From Octopus vulgaris (taxonomy: Eukaryota), in the NCBI GenBank assembly GCA_951406725.2, contig OX597814.1:187922001-187986000 (forward strand): 64,000 nt of DNA. Direction: 5' to 3'. The notes under the pieces are model-generated. The model did not search any database. It was given only the letters and a program-made list of their open reading frames with translations, and was not told the DNA's origin. Below are positions 63,201 to 64,000 of the stretch, piece after piece. A program made the position numbers and the translations under genes. The first letter of the stretch is position 1. The number at the start of each line of letters is the position of its first letter.

Positions 63201-64000
63201 GTAAGATAAAATATTTTCTTCTATCTTAAAACTTTTGCCTTGCCACTTTGGTTATTCACTCCTTAAATAAAAAAACAACCCAAAACCAGCATAATCACGT
63301 TAATTCTTTTTTTTTTTTTTTGATGTGTGTTTTGAGATTTAAATCTGTAGCTGCATATATAGGGAAGGGATTTATTGTATTTTGATCACTAATTTCATCA
63401 AGAAAACATCTTTGGGCTTTAAGTTGTTCGTGAACATTTCCCTGAATTGCTACCATGTATTAACACACAGCTGATATTGGAAATTCATTAGCATCATTTT
63501 GATAGAAATTTTTCTTTATGGCTTCCTTAGCTATCTTTTGTTTATTTTGAGCAGACATTAAAACTTGTTACTTCTCTTTAAGTAATCATTGATCTAACAA
63601 TATCAGTTGATGACTTAATTTTGTATTCTATGAAAAGTAATAGTCATATGATTCGTACAAAATGTTTACTTTGCAACGTGATTCAGGTACTATATTATTA
63701 CTTGACAGTTTTAATTGCTGCTTAGAATTGCTCATCTACATTAAAAGACAGCTATATTTACTATTTGAGAGGGTCATTACTATAAGCAATATTTTTTCCT
63801 AAGACAGCATATCAAAATGTAAAGAAAATATGTTTGCTATCTTTTGATTAAATTTCCATGTATGTTTGGATGCATGCATGCAATCATTGCCTCTATAGTG
63901 AGTTGATTCTGAGCTACTCTTGTTCTGCAATGTCCATCTTGGGTTTCATGAATGTTTTGCCCACTTAATTCCCATTCCAGCTGTCTAGATCCAGCTCTAT

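Overview
AT-rich, repeat-dense eukaryotic DNA, most likely from an octopus or other coleoid cephalopod (inferred from recalled SINE families and microsatellite load, not from a search). The whole window lies inside one + strand gene, Sec16 (SEC16A-like, COPII ER-exit-site scaffold). I reconstructed 25 GT-AG exons (2314-63200, 3197 nt, about 1065 codons) that join in one open frame: Arg/Asp/Tyr-rich region, central conserved domain, Gln-rich linker and C-terminal motifs. Start and stop lie outside the window. Introns hold at least four SINE families, mariner elements, Helitrons, MITEs and LINE fragments (HERO-like, RTE, Tx1/L1). The main unexplained signal is a set of about eight hammerhead-ribozyme (HHR)-like motifs in different intronic repeats. 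They comprise a canonical minimal type I HHR in a 447-nt unit, a 179-nt retrozyme-like unit, core-covariant G3-C8 and U3-A8 forms, a decayed relic, and two motifs whose three strands lie in a non-circularly permuted order (cleavage site, GAAA, CUGANGA), one in the 3' UTR of the HERO-like LINE. All folds were made by eye and none is tested. Most ORFs in the supplied track are repeat-derived noise.
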